Origin: a virus
Lineage: Duplodnaviria > Caudoviricetes
IMG/VR virus record: IMGVR_UViG_3300035182_001315
Length of the DNA stretch: 64,000 bases
Direction: 5' to 3' (one strand)
In this document: in pieces, positions 29,883-39,482 of the stretch
How the letters are laid out: each line of letters opens with the position of its first letter
Numbering within the stretch: the stretch's first letter is position 1
Position numbers and translations under genes: made by a program
Notes under the pieces: generated by a model
Database searches by the model: none
Told to the model about the DNA's origin: nothing
What the model saw: the letters and a program-made list of their open reading frames with translations, nothing else

Positions 29883-30263
29883 TTAATCTTCCACATCTAA
29901 TGCCTCATATACTTCATACTCCTTAGCATTAACACATGCGCTAAATAATGATAGGTAGCCTTCTGACTTAAGTTCATCATCTTCACAATCATTATAATTG
30001 TCAATTGCTTCAGCATTTGTAGTAGTGTGTGTTAAAACCAATTTCTTTTTATTTTTACCAAAATTCAATTCCAATTCAACAGTTACCTTCCAGTGCCCAT
30101 AACCCGAAATTAACGCTCGTACATCCCAGAGTGATACTGATACTTCCAAATCTTCTTTAACGAATTTTCCGTAAAAAGGGTCGTTCAAGCCTTCCATTAC
30201 TTCAACGATCTGCTGATTAGTGATGTAGCTTTCCAATGTGTTTACAAATGTTGTTGCTTTCAT
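29883..30263 (-). CDS. hypothetical protein
   Basis: Likely start MKATTF. Confidence 0.7.
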   Translation of the reverse strand: MKATTFVNTLESYITNQQIVEVMEGLNDPFYGKFVKEDLEVSVSLWDVRALISGYGHWKVTVELELNFGKNKKKLVLTHTTTNAEAIDNYNDCEDDELKSEGYLSLFSACVNAKEYEVYEALDVED

Positions 30264-30390
30264 TTTGCTAAGTTTTGTGAGGGCTGACCCCTCGGTTAAT
30301 TGATATAACAAAGATAAATTCATTTCAATTTAAAACCAAATAAATTTGCAATTATTTTCAGGTTAAATAGGTATGTAGTTACCATTTGTT

Positions 30391-30762
30391 TTAAATTGTT
30401 TCCCTGTAGATCATTAAGATTCCACCGCTTGTCCACTGCACATCCTTTTCAAGGAAAGGACTTACATCTCCCTTTACCAGCTGTGTGTAGTACTCATACG
30501 CCTCTTTCAAGCATTCAGCATCGGAGCCGTTTGAAGTATAGAAGGCGAATAGGTTGCGCTTAGGTACACCAACGTAAACGATTTTACGTGTACGGCTACC
30601 AGAATACTTGTGAACGCTTGCACGATTCTTAAAGAAGTTGTATGATATCGGACCATTGTCATTAAAGCCAACCATGCCCAATACAACCAAATTGGTCATA
30701 ACATCCAGCAGTTGTTTATCTTCACTTGCTGTTCTATTGATTTTTACTACGTCTGTGTTCAT
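30391..30762 (-). CDS. hypothetical protein
   Basis: 123 aa, own promoter. Confidence 0.7.
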   Translation of the reverse strand: MNTDVVKINRTASEDKQLLDVMTNLVVLGMVGFNDNGPISYNFFKNRASVHKYSGSRTRKIVYVGVPKRNLFAFYTSNGSDAECLKEAYEYYTQLVKGDVSPFLEKDVQWTSGGILMIYRETI

Positions 30763-30813
30763 GTTGTTGTTTTTATTAGTGTAAAGATAGGGTTATTTTT
30801 GTAAAGTACCAAA

Positions 30814-31326
30814 TTATTTTTCGTGTATATTTCGTTCGTTGAACTGAATGATAGGGTTTTCAGTGCTGGTATATTTCGCCTTGATTTGTTTCAACCTGTC
30901 AGGCCAATAGATATATTTCCCAATGGTCCCGGCAAACAGCGTATTAGACTCTTCAATCATTGGCTGGTTTACATGGTAGATAGCAAACATGATTGCTTCA
31001 TCCCAGTCGGAGATTATCATGCCGGTGTAAAGTCCCTTGAGTCGATGAGCCCTAATAAATACATCTGCGTTACACCATATGAAAACACATTCCTTTGTTC
31101 TCAGGTGGTAAGCATTTTCCTTATTGATAACGTATTGGTCATGGCCAAACAAACCACGTTCATCGCCGTGCCCCATCATTATTATACGGTCATGCGCCTT
31201 TATGAGGTTCTTCATTTCTTTCCGGCTCTTATGGTCGGAGACAATGGTCCATTCCTTACAGTCATAGATAACAGACAGGAACTCAGTTGAGCGGTCGAGG
31301 GGGTGAATTACAAGTGTTCGTTTCAT
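30814..31326 (-). CDS. hypothetical protein
   Basis: 170 aa; MMGHG and FIWCNAD motifs. Confidence 0.7.
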   Translation of the reverse strand: MKRTLVIHPLDRSTEFLSVIYDCKEWTIVSDHKSRKEMKNLIKAHDRIIMMGHGDERGLFGHDQYVINKENAYHLRTKECVFIWCNADVFIRAHRLKGLYTGMIISDWDEAIMFAIYHVNQPMIEESNTLFAGTIGKYIYWPDRLKQIKAKYTSTENPIIQFNERNIHEK

Positions 31327-31538
31327 TTTACGGAGTTGATTATCTTAGCAACAAGCTTTACCAATTCTGCCAATTCATCGGGCTTTATCCAATTAGTCTC
31401 AGGGAAATATATTTGGCCGTTGTTACCATCGATGTCCGCCATGTGTCTGATATCAGATGAACGGAAAACTTGAAAGTAATTATCACAACCGGCTATGTGA
31501 GTCGGTATCAGCTTTGTATAAAATAGCTTTGTTTTCAT
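31323..31538 (-). CDS. hypothetical protein
   Basis: 71 aa, overlapping stop/start. Confidence 0.65.
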   Translation of the reverse strand: MKTKLFYTKLIPTHIAGCDNYFQVFRSSDIRHMADIDGNNGQIYFPETNWIKPDELAELVKLVAKIINSVK

Positions 31539-31643
31539 GTAGTAAAGATAAGCTTATATTTCGAAAGTACCAAATAAAAAAATGGATATTCTTTCAAATA
31601 TCCATTTTGACAGGTGTCACCAATTTGATATCGCTATCAAATA

Positions 31644-32528
31644 TTATGAATGCGCTTCGCAGAAATCCAGCGCAATGATGTTCTTTTTGTAGCTGTTACC
31701 TACAAGCATGCTTTCGATTCCGCCGTTGTCACGCTTAGGCTTTGCTGTGTGGTGAGTAGTAAACCGTGTAACACCATTGAATGCAGCCAGCATATTGTTA
31801 CCCAGTGCCTCAACCTCAGTTTCAATGTTGCCATAAAGGGTATCCATCATGTCTACACTACGGGGCTTCATCTTAGCCAAATCATCCTTAGACATGCTAC
31901 GGTCGTATCCCAATACTGCGTTAACCAGTTGGTTAGCCAAAGCCTTTGTAAGCTCAGTGCTTTCGAACTTTTTGTACTGCTGTATTTGTCTCATTGACTC
32001 AATCAATGCGGTTTCAATCAGCTTAGGGATTGATTTTATTTTCTCCTGTATGGTTGCAGTGTGACGGAATTTCGCATCACCTGCTGCGTAGAATTTATAG
32101 AACTGATTCTCACAATGCATCCACTCATCACCAATACCAACGCTCAATGAGGTAGAACCATCATTGGAATCAATGATAGTTACAAAACGCTGTATTGTAT
32201 CACCGGCAACCTTAGACAGGCCATTGATACCCATCTGCATGAAAACCCTACGGCCACCATGAATAGAACCGGCTTTTGTTACTTTCAATTCAGTTGAAAA
32301 GCTTTCGGCTCCACGCAATATCATTTCAACCAGCTCATCATTCTGAGATACGCCATAACCAGCTTTCACGGTGTTGATTGCTTCATTCGTCTTAGAATTG
32401 ATAAGAGCGAAATACGGTGTTATCACTTCGTTACCAGCTGCTGTAATTGCACGTAACGGGGCCTTTTCAATTGAGAAGTCTAAACCGTACCGTGTGAGAA
32501 TGTCGTTTACTTTTGATTTGTAATCCAT
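31644..32528 (-). CDS. DUF932/DUF945 family protein
   Basis: YGVSQND, GGRRVFM, DSNDGSTS, CENQF, FRHT, AFNGVTRFTTH. Confidence 0.8.
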   Translation of the reverse strand: MDYKSKVNDILTRYGLDFSIEKAPLRAITAAGNEVITPYFALINSKTNEAINTVKAGYGVSQNDELVEMILRGAESFSTELKVTKAGSIHGGRRVFMQMGINGLSKVAGDTIQRFVTIIDSNDGSTSLSVGIGDEWMHCENQFYKFYAAGDAKFRHTATIQEKIKSIPKLIETALIESMRQIQQYKKFESTELTKALANQLVNAVLGYDRSMSKDDLAKMKPRSVDMMDTLYGNIETEVEALGNNMLAAFNGVTRFTTHHTAKPKRDNGGIESMLVGNSYKKNIIALDFCEAHS

Positions 32529-32590
32529 TTAAATGTGTTTTTGTTGTTAAGAATACAGCAAAGATAAGACTATATTTCGAATAACCAAAT

Positions 32591-33115
32591 TTATTCCTTG
32601 ATTTTTTTCAATCTTTCCGGTTCAATGTCAAAACAATCTCCGTCACCATCCTGTACAGTCATATACTCGCCCCTGAATGCAATGATAGTACCCCGAAATT
32701 CATTGCTGTGCGCATCGTCTGTTCCATTGGGTTCAGGTACATCTACCGTATCACCTTCATACAATGGATTACCAAACAAATCCAAAAACTTATCTTCAGT
32801 CATGAATGATAAATCCATACCCTTGAATGGGTCAGCTTTAACAAATAATTCAGCATATTCATCATAATCATCTGAGGCTGGTTCAACCATCATTATACAT
32901 TGGTATTCGTTATTGGATATGGTAACCCAATACACCTTATTGAGGCTTGTATCAAAACCCTTGAATAAATCCTTATCAAACCAGCGGCCTTCATGGTTAA
33001 ACTTTTCCTTATCAGTTTCTTCCATATTTGTTCTTAGAAACAATTGAACAAAGCCGGGGCTAACATGCTCATCGGTCTGCACATCAATGATGTAACCTAT
33101 CATTACTGTTTTCAT
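32591..33115 (-). CDS. hypothetical protein
   Basis: 174 aa with an SH3-like C-terminus. Confidence 0.7.
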   Translation of the reverse strand: MKTVMIGYIIDVQTDEHVSPGFVQLFLRTNMEETDKEKFNHEGRWFDKDLFKGFDTSLNKVYWVTISNNEYQCIMMVEPASDDYDEYAELFVKADPFKGMDLSFMTEDKFLDLFGNPLYEGDTVDVPEPNGTDDAHSNEFRGTIIAFRGEYMTVQDGDGDCFDIEPERLKKIKE

Positions 33116-33306
33116 TATGGTTTAGTTTTAGGTATTACAAAATGAGCATCGTAATCCGCTGACTTTTCACTATATTCATAATCACCAGCAACACCCAACG
33201 CAGCTTCTTCAGCCCTTTCTTGCATCAAATCACCTTCAGGTATTTCAACCTCAATATCTGTAAAAGCGTATGATGTTCTACACATCGTTACTATAAATTT
33301 TGCCAT
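33115..33306 (-). CDS. hypothetical protein
   Basis: 63 aa, translationally coupled. Confidence 0.65.
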   Translation of the reverse strand: MAKFIVTMCRTSYAFTDIEVEIPEGDLMQERAEEAALGVAGDYEYSEKSADYDAHFVIPKTKP

Positions 33307-33456
33307 TAGAGTTCAGTTATTTCGGTGAACAATGTCTCATCCTCAAATGTTAACTTGCTTTCGTTGGTAACATCGATTAGAGAAATTTGGAGGGCTTTAA
33401 GTGCTTCAATGATTTGCTCAATTGTGCCTTCGCCGGTAATTTTAATTTTGTACATA
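33306..33456 (-). CDS. hypothetical protein
   Basis: Likely start MYKIKITGEG after the promoter at 33474. Confidence 0.55.
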
Positions 33457-33613
33457 TTTGTATGTTTAGAGTGTAAAGATAAGACTATATTTCGAATTAA
33501 CCAAATAAAAAAAGACCACGGGAAAAAGATATTTAAGAATCTCCACCGTGGCCTTTTAGACATTACCATTGCCTTTAAAGACAAAGGTATGCAATTATCT
33601 CCACACTTCCAAA

Positions 33614-33934
33614 TTAATCCTCATCAATCTCATCCCTGCCATTAGGGTAATCGTATTCCTCATTCAGCTCAGGGCAAACCTCTTCAATGTTCTCAATCTG
33701 AGCCTCAAACCCTGAATCACTCCTATCCCAATCGTCGGCTATTGCCATTTGGGAATCGTAACGAATCTGGTTCAATGTCCCAACAATTGGCTGAAGAACG
33801 GGATACAATGCTTTCTCAATGTCCTTCTTTTTAAAGGAACTAAAGTCAATTTTGAACTTCTTAATAAGAGCATCAATGATTTGTGCGCTTACTGCGTTAC
33901 TTGCTTCAGTAACTACATTTCTTTCTTTTGGCAT
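33614..33934 (-). CDS. hypothetical protein
   Basis: 106 aa, own promoter. Confidence 0.7.
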   Translation of the reverse strand: MPKERNVVTEASNAVSAQIIDALIKKFKIDFSSFKKKDIEKALYPVLQPIVGTLNQIRYDSQMAIADDWDRSDSGFEAQIENIEEVCPELNEEYDYPNGRDEIDED

Positions 33935-34032
33935 ATGTTTTAAGTTTAGAATGCAAAGATAAGACTATATTTCGAATTACCAAAGAAAATAAATAAAAAG
34001 ATTCTTGAAGAAAAGTTTGGAGGTCTCAGAAG

Positions 34033-34112
34033 ATAGTCTTATCTTTACATTGTCGTTAAGGAGCAATGGCGAAGGGACGTGGGTCTAATCAACCATCGGG
34101 AGGTATACTCCG
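34033..34112 (+). ncRNA. Promoter-driven small RNA candidate B (5' part)
   Basis: Same promoter, GTCGTT and GAGGTATACTCC as at 22905-23012; its ACGCTACTTTTTTT tail lies after the GIY-YIG ORF at 34739-34752. Confidence 0.45.
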
Positions 34113-34154
34113 CAATTCTTGTAACTTTTTCGTATTTTTGTCATATTTATTATT

Positions 34155-34739
34155 ATGACATACATTTACACCTTAAGCCATCCAATTACAAAAGAAGTTC
34201 GTTACGTAGGTAAAACAATAAACATCAAACGTAGATATTATGACCATTTATATAGGGATGGAAATACCCATAAACATCATTGGGTTAAAAGTTTGTTAGC
34301 TGAAGGGCTTAAGCCTATAATGACTATTATTGAAGAATGTCCAGATAATTGGGAAGAACGGGAAATATTTTGGATAACTCAATTTGATAATCTTACAAAT
34401 TTAACTAAGGGTGGTGAAAAATATGAAGTAACTGAGGAACTTAGAGAGAAATTCAGGCTTTTAAACACTGGTAACAAAAATCCAAATTTTGGTAAAAAAG
34501 CCAGTAAGGAAACCAAAGATAAATTATCCACTGTACATAAAGGTAAGTCAATTGGCAATGAGCAAAAGAATAAGGTTAGAAATTCATTAGCTGGTACTAA
34601 AAATGAATGTAAACCTTGTATGGTGAACAGTATTACTTATTGCTCCGCTACCGATGCCGGTAGGCAATTGAATATACCAAGCAGTACCATATATTCAAGA
34701 ATTAAAAGCTCTACATATCCAATGTATCAATGGATTTAA
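34155..34739 (+). CDS. GIY-YIG homing endonuclease with NUMOD3-type C-terminus
   Basis: YIYTLSHP..VRYVGKT, EREIFWI, NLTKGG, NPNFGKK. Confidence 0.88.
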   Translation: MTYIYTLSHPITKEVRYVGKTINIKRRYYDHLYRDGNTHKHHWVKSLLAEGLKPIMTIIEECPDNWEEREIFWITQFDNLTNLTKGGEKYEVTEELREKFRLLNTGNKNPNFGKKASKETKDKLSTVHKGKSIGNEQKNKVRNSLAGTKNECKPCMVNSITYCSATDAGRQLNIPSSTIYSRIKSSTYPMYQWI

Positions 34740-34824
34740 CGCTACTTTTTTTGCCTCTTCAGGACCAGACACACAAAAGCCACCCTATTAAAGGATGGCC
34801 CCGTGCCTAAACCATATGAGAATC

Positions 34825-35265
34825 TTAAGCGGTAACTTCCGTATACTTGTCAACAAAAGCCTGCGGAGTACCTTCGAAAATTAATTTATTACCTTCCTTA
34901 CACCTGATTACAATGGGCTCAGACGCTTCACCCTTATACCACGGGCTCAATACAACAATCTCATAATTGTATTGTTCAGGGCCATCACTCACCGGCACAA
35001 TGTAAACACCACCGGGGCCGTTCTTTACCTCTTTAATCAATGCAGCTGCCAAACATCCAATACCGTTGAATTGAATCTTTTCAGCATCTATGCCAATACC
35101 GTTAACCAGTTCGCCATCATTCAGGAAATTGGCTAAATCCAATCCGTGCCCCTCAGGATAGCCGTCCGATTGACGATAAAACTTAACCAGCTTTGTTTTC
35201 TTTACCTTGCCGGTTTTGTAATCATTACCCTTTTCAATAAAGAGTGTTGTTGAACGTGTGCTCAT
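34825..35265 (-). CDS. hypothetical protein
   Basis: MSTRS..YRQSDGYPEGHG..FNGIGCLAA conserved-looking motifs. Confidence 0.75.
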   Translation of the reverse strand: MSTRSTTLFIEKGNDYKTGKVKKTKLVKFYRQSDGYPEGHGLDLANFLNDGELVNGIGIDAEKIQFNGIGCLAAALIKEVKNGPGGVYIVPVSDGPEQYNYEIVVLSPWYKGEASEPIVIRCKEGNKLIFEGTPQAFVDKYTEVTA

Positions 35266-35507
35266 AATTAAAATATTTTAGTGGTTAATTTGATAAATCA
35301 AAGATAAGACTATATTTCCAAACTTCCAAATTTATTTTTTGCGGAAAAATGTGGTGCAATCAAATACCCGTCCCAGCTCCATCTCCTTGGCCGCTTTCCT
35401 TGCCGCCAACTTGTTCATACGGTCGAACAATTTAACATCGTAATATCCCCGCTCCTTGTTCCACATGGTTACCAAATGGTAATCGATTATTTTTGTCCAG
35501 TCTCCCA

Positions 35508-35945
35508 TTACATTAAACTTTTTGGCCTGTCAATATCAACCAGCAGGAAATAATCGTAGTCATACATTACATTTATCAATTCGGTTAACTGGTTCTTAAC
35601 CTTTACCGATAAATTGGTATTTTCAGCTAAGATGGCCTCAAATACGGTAGCATAATAAAACACCTCACCATTGGCTTTGCCAGCCGTTTCCTTGCCCTTC
35701 AATAAATTCTCAATTGGAAATATAAGGTTCATTTCGCTAAGCATAGCAACCTTTAAATCTTGTACAAGGAATGTAGACTTAACCGGCTCAATCTTGCCGC
35801 CAAAAGCATTGGCCTTCTTTATTGCCTCGCCACGGGTATAATGAGATATTAACCCATTATTAAATGAATTACCCAAATACCCCTCAACATTATTGTTCTT
35901 GTGAACCTTGGTATTGGCCAGCTTCACCCTGAATAATTTTTTCAT
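35508..35945 (-). CDS. hypothetical protein
   Basis: 145 aa, own promoter. Confidence 0.7.
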   Translation of the reverse strand: MKKLFRVKLANTKVHKNNNVEGYLGNSFNNGLISHYTRGEAIKKANAFGGKIEPVKSTFLVQDLKVAMLSEMNLIFPIENLLKGKETAGKANGEVFYYATVFEAILAENTNLSVKVKNQLTELINVMYDYDYFLLVDIDRPKSLM

Positions 35946-36031
35946 ATCTGTTTAGTTTAGAATTCAAAGATAAGACTATTTTTGATATAAACAAATAAAA
36001 GTAGGGGTATTTTTCAACCCCTTACCTTCGT

Positions 36032-36757
36032 TTAAATGGTAACAGCAAAGCCTGTAGTAAACGCTATTTTATTATCAGCACCTTTGCCAGTACTATTTTT
36101 GTACTTTAATCCTACAATAACACCTTGCTCATCCAAAAATCTTAAATCTGTCTCATCCCCAATAACAACCTTATACCCTTCATATTCAGCAGGAACTTTG
36201 TTAAACACCATTGCCACGTTCACACCACTTGCCAATAATGCCATTGCCTTATCGTGGTTCACTTCGCTACGGCTAAATGTTAAATGATAATTCGCCGGTA
36301 ACGTACCCTTAAACCTAAGATAGTTTTTGGTATAGTCATAAAACTGAATGTCAGGGTAAAGCTCAAATAAATTTTTGCCGTCCCTTACCTTAAACTTTTC
36401 CCAACTTATATCACTTGTACCATTTAAACGAATAACAGGTATCTCATTAGTCCCTGCGTTCTTACGTACAATATTACCTATTTCAGTATCCAATGTTTCC
36501 AAAAATTCCTTACGATTCTCCAAAAACCATTCGGTTTTATTAATCCTGCCAGCCCTAACAGCTGCAAAACGATTGTTTCCTGAATTAAAGAGACATGCAC
36601 CTGCGCAACCCTTAGATGCCATAGGGCAAATGTTCGTACCCTTAGAATTCTGATTGAAGGGTGCCAAATACATAATGTAGGTCTTATAACCGTACTTTTC
36701 CCCTTTAATCGTTTTGACGTTGTTAGCTGTCAATAAAGTTGTTTTCCTGTATTCCAT
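36032..36757 (-). CDS. Gp88-like Cys-cluster phage protein
   Basis: CPMASKGCAGACL, IRLNGTSD, QFYDYTK, YHLTFS, DETDLRFLD. Confidence 0.75.
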   Translation of the reverse strand: MEYRKTTLLTANNVKTIKGEKYGYKTYIMYLAPFNQNSKGTNICPMASKGCAGACLFNSGNNRFAAVRAGRINKTEWFLENRKEFLETLDTEIGNIVRKNAGTNEIPVIRLNGTSDISWEKFKVRDGKNLFELYPDIQFYDYTKNYLRFKGTLPANYHLTFSRSEVNHDKAMALLASGVNVAMVFNKVPAEYEGYKVVIGDETDLRFLDEQGVIVGLKYKNSTGKGADNKIAFTTGFAVTI

Positions 36758-37094
36758 ATGTGAACGTTTTGTTTAGAATGCAAAGATAAGACTATTTTTC
36801 AAACTTCCAAATCTATTTTTACCAATTCCTAACTATTTTGCCAGTTACTATAAAACGCATCGGTTTCCCTGTAATGTTTAGAATGCAAAGATAAGACTAT
36901 ATTTGATATAAACAAATCTTTTTTAAATTAAATTTGGTAATCCCAAATTCCCAACATATATTTGCACCCTCAAGAGATACACCATCCCAAAACCTTCCCA
37001 ATATGGGATTCAGTCCAAGGGTTGGAAGCTATCCCAAATCCAGAAATCCTACGTAGAATTACCATCGGAAAATTACCTATAGCTTGTTAACTGA

Positions 37095-37316
37095 ATGAAC
37101 ACCTACACCTCACACGTTCCCAACTTCACAGGCCAATGCACTGACGTTTGGTTAAACACTAACCAAATAGACCTAAGGACAAACTCAGTCCCCGAATTCA
37201 CTGGCTTCTTTAGACTTACCAAAAAAAATTGGCTCGGTAGACTTAAACCCTACGGAAAAGAATTTCATGGATACCTCGGTGACGATAATATCGTAAGAAC
37301 CACCGAAGGTAGATAA
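37095..37316 (+). CDS. hypothetical protein
   Basis: 73 aa downstream of a plus-strand TATATTTG promoter (~36957). Confidence 0.55.
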   Translation: MNTYTSHVPNFTGQCTDVWLNTNQIDLRTNSVPEFTGFFRLTKKNWLGRLKPYGKEFHGYLGDDNIVRTTEGR

Positions 37317-37483
37317 CTTCCAATATTTGGGAATCATCTCCCACATCTGGATGACATTCCCATTACAAGATTGTCAGCCCAGCTCTGGAACCCCTCACGA
37401 CCACCCGATGTACACAAATGTGTACAATATGGAAACTCATTGTGTTCTTTTAATATATATAAGATATTTATTACTAAAGCACC

Positions 37484-37999
37484 ATGCCATACAATAAAAC
37501 AACCAGAGAGAAATACTTAGAAGCAAATAAGGTAAAGATTGCGAGTCAAAAGAAAGCTTACTATGAGGCTAATAGATTAAAACTAATTGCCGACCAAAAG
37601 AATTACCAAAAAGAGAATAAGTCCAAGATTAGGGCATATCAAAAGAATAAAATGGCTACCGATATCCTCTATAAAATGAAAAATAATATTAAGAATTATA
37701 TCAAAAATTCAATAAAAAATCTTAACTTTAATAAATCAAAAGGAACCATCGATATAATAGGCTGCTCCTTTCAAGAACTTAAATCTAACTTAGAATCAAA
37801 GTTTGAACCATGGATGAATTGGGAAAATTACGGTAATCCAAAAGATGGTATACTCGAACCAAATAAAACATGGGATATTGACCACATAAAACCATTAGCC
37901 ACCGCTAAAGACATATGTGAATTAATCAACCTAAACCACTACACAAACCTTCAACCCCTTTGCAGCTACGTTAACAGAATCGTAAAAAGGGCAAACTGA
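37484..37999 (+). CDS. HNH-type endonuclease (WMNWENYG..WDIDHIKP..HYTNLQPL family)
   Basis: Motifs as named; basic repetitive N-terminus. Confidence 0.8.
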   Translation: MPYNKTTREKYLEANKVKIASQKKAYYEANRLKLIADQKNYQKENKSKIRAYQKNKMATDILYKMKNNIKNYIKNSIKNLNFNKSKGTIDIIGCSFQELKSNLESKFEPWMNWENYGNPKDGILEPNKTWDIDHIKPLATAKDICELINLNHYTNLQPLCSYVNRIVKRAN

Positions 38000-38029
38000 T
38001 GTACACAAATGTGTACGTGGTACCCTATA

Positions 38030-38330
38030 TCACCCACTACTGGGCCCTACCTACATAATTTTTAATAAGGGTGAACCGGCCCATGGCCCCCGCAGGCTGG
38101 CGCTTTTTTTTGGGCGGCGACACTTTTCGCTTAAGGGTTCATCCGAAAAATGGCTTTTGGGTGTATTGCCAGAGGGGCTTCCGGCTTTCGGGGTGGCATT
38201 TTCTACCACAAATCTACACTTCTACCCATTTTTTCCCACAAAACGTAAAAAAAGGCTCAGAAATCCAAGCGGGAGAGCTGAGGGTACCGAAGGTAGTCTC
38301 GATGTACACAAAAGTGTACAATATGGATAT
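38030..38330. other. GC-rich non-coding island at a local GC-skew switch
   Basis: No credible ORF; C-rich to the left and G/T-rich to the right; flanked by palindrome copies at 38001 and 38304. Confidence 0.5.
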
Positions 38331-38331
38331 G

Positions 38332-38931
38332 TTATATAGGGTCTGAGGGAACGTTTCTTTTTACATACCGATTAACCTTAGAGCACAGGGGCTGAAGGTT
38401 TGTATGGTGATTTAACCTGATGATATCCTCTTTTGTTTGAGCTGTATCCAATGGTATGTGGTCGAGGTGCCAACCGAAGTTCTCTGTTCCATTGTAGGGT
38501 CCACGGTTTTCCCAGTTCATCCAAGGCTCGAACTTGTCCTCGATGTATTGTTTTAGCTGGTTAAATGAGCAACTGAGAATGTTTTCAGTCTTCTAATTTT
38601 TACGATAACCAAGGTCAGAAAAAGAGAGTCCGATAAGGTTTATCATGTTACGTTTAAGCCGGTAGAGAGGGTCCTTGTGGTAGCGTTCTTTCTGTTTGGC
38701 TGCGAGTGTTGACCTATTGGTATTACGCCAAGATTTGGTTTGGTTTGTCCTTATTGGATTCGAAGCTTTCTTCTGCTGGGCAATCTTATCTTTATTGTCT
38801 TGGAAGTAGAGTTTCCTTTCAGCTTTCTTTCCTGCTCTGTATGCCTTATCATAGGCTTTCTTGTCGAGTTTGGATTGCTGTTTTTCTCTTACTTTCTTGA
38901 GACGGGCTTTATGGTTTTCGTAATAGGTCAC
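38332..38931 (-). pseudogene. Paralogous HNH-type endonuclease split by one in-frame TAG
   Basis: RKN*KTENILSCSFNQLKQYIEDKFEPWMNWENRG reads through in frame (TAG at 38593-38595). Confidence 0.8.
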
Positions 38932-39161
38932 TTCAAGGCAAAGATACGTCTTTTTCTGTAACGAGGCCCAGTTCGTATTCGAACAGGTGAGGGAAGGATG
39001 TTGGTAGCTAACCCATCATGCAACAGGTTGTACCGCAGGAGTTTCTTATTTCAAGCATGTTGAGTGAGCGGGGCGTTCCTTCTCCATTTCCAGAACAGTT
39101 TCGAGATGAACTTCAAGGAAGTGTGCGGCGTTTTCTCTTACGATAGCTTTTTGTTTTTGGG

Positions 39162-39461
39162 TCATGGGGTTCTTAAGTTTTTTATGTGTTGTCTCAGGTA
39201 GCTGAGTTGTTGTTGGATGTATACGATATTGCTTTCGATGGATTCGGCGATGTTTATCAGGGTTACGACCTTAGGGTCTTCCCAAGTGTAGGAGTCTGAG
39301 GTGAAGCCTTTTGAGAACTCATAGGCTTCGTTTTCGGTTTCAAAGTCTCTATCGCCCAGTACGACTGAGTGTGAGGGGTTAATTTCGGAGAGTTCTACGA
39401 AGGCCCAGCGTTTTGTTGTTGGGTGTTGAAGAACGGTACGATGCATATTCATGTCTAACAT
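39162..39461 (-). CDS. hypothetical protein
   Basis: 99-aa ORF. Confidence 0.65.
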   Translation of the reverse strand: MLDMNMHRTVLQHPTTKRWAFVELSEINPSHSVVLGDRDFETENEAYEFSKGFTSDSYTWEDPKVVTLINIAESIESNIVYIQQQLSYLRQHIKNLRTP

Positions 39462-39482
39462 ATTGGAGGTTATTTAAAAGGG

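Larger units (their letters stand above)
18382..36900 (-). promoter_or_regulatory. Array of ~30 near-identical Bacteroidota-type promoters, about one per gene or cassette
   Basis: Plus strand reads (C/T)AAAGATAAGACTA-N-TTCCAAA, i.e. minus-strand TTTG-N~20-TATCTTT(G/A). Examples at 18382, 19282, 19931, 20281, 20885, 21303, 21734, 23384, 23830, 25471, 25847, 26570, 27955, 29589, 31544, 32560, 33474, 33954, 35300, 35966, 36781, 36887. Confidence 0.85.

Noticed and set aside
18382-36900. Recurring AAAGATAAGACTA motif as a CRISPR or TIGR-like array
   Set aside because: Spacing is irregular (hundreds of bp, each containing genes) and the motif matches the Bacteroidota sigma-A promoter consensus.
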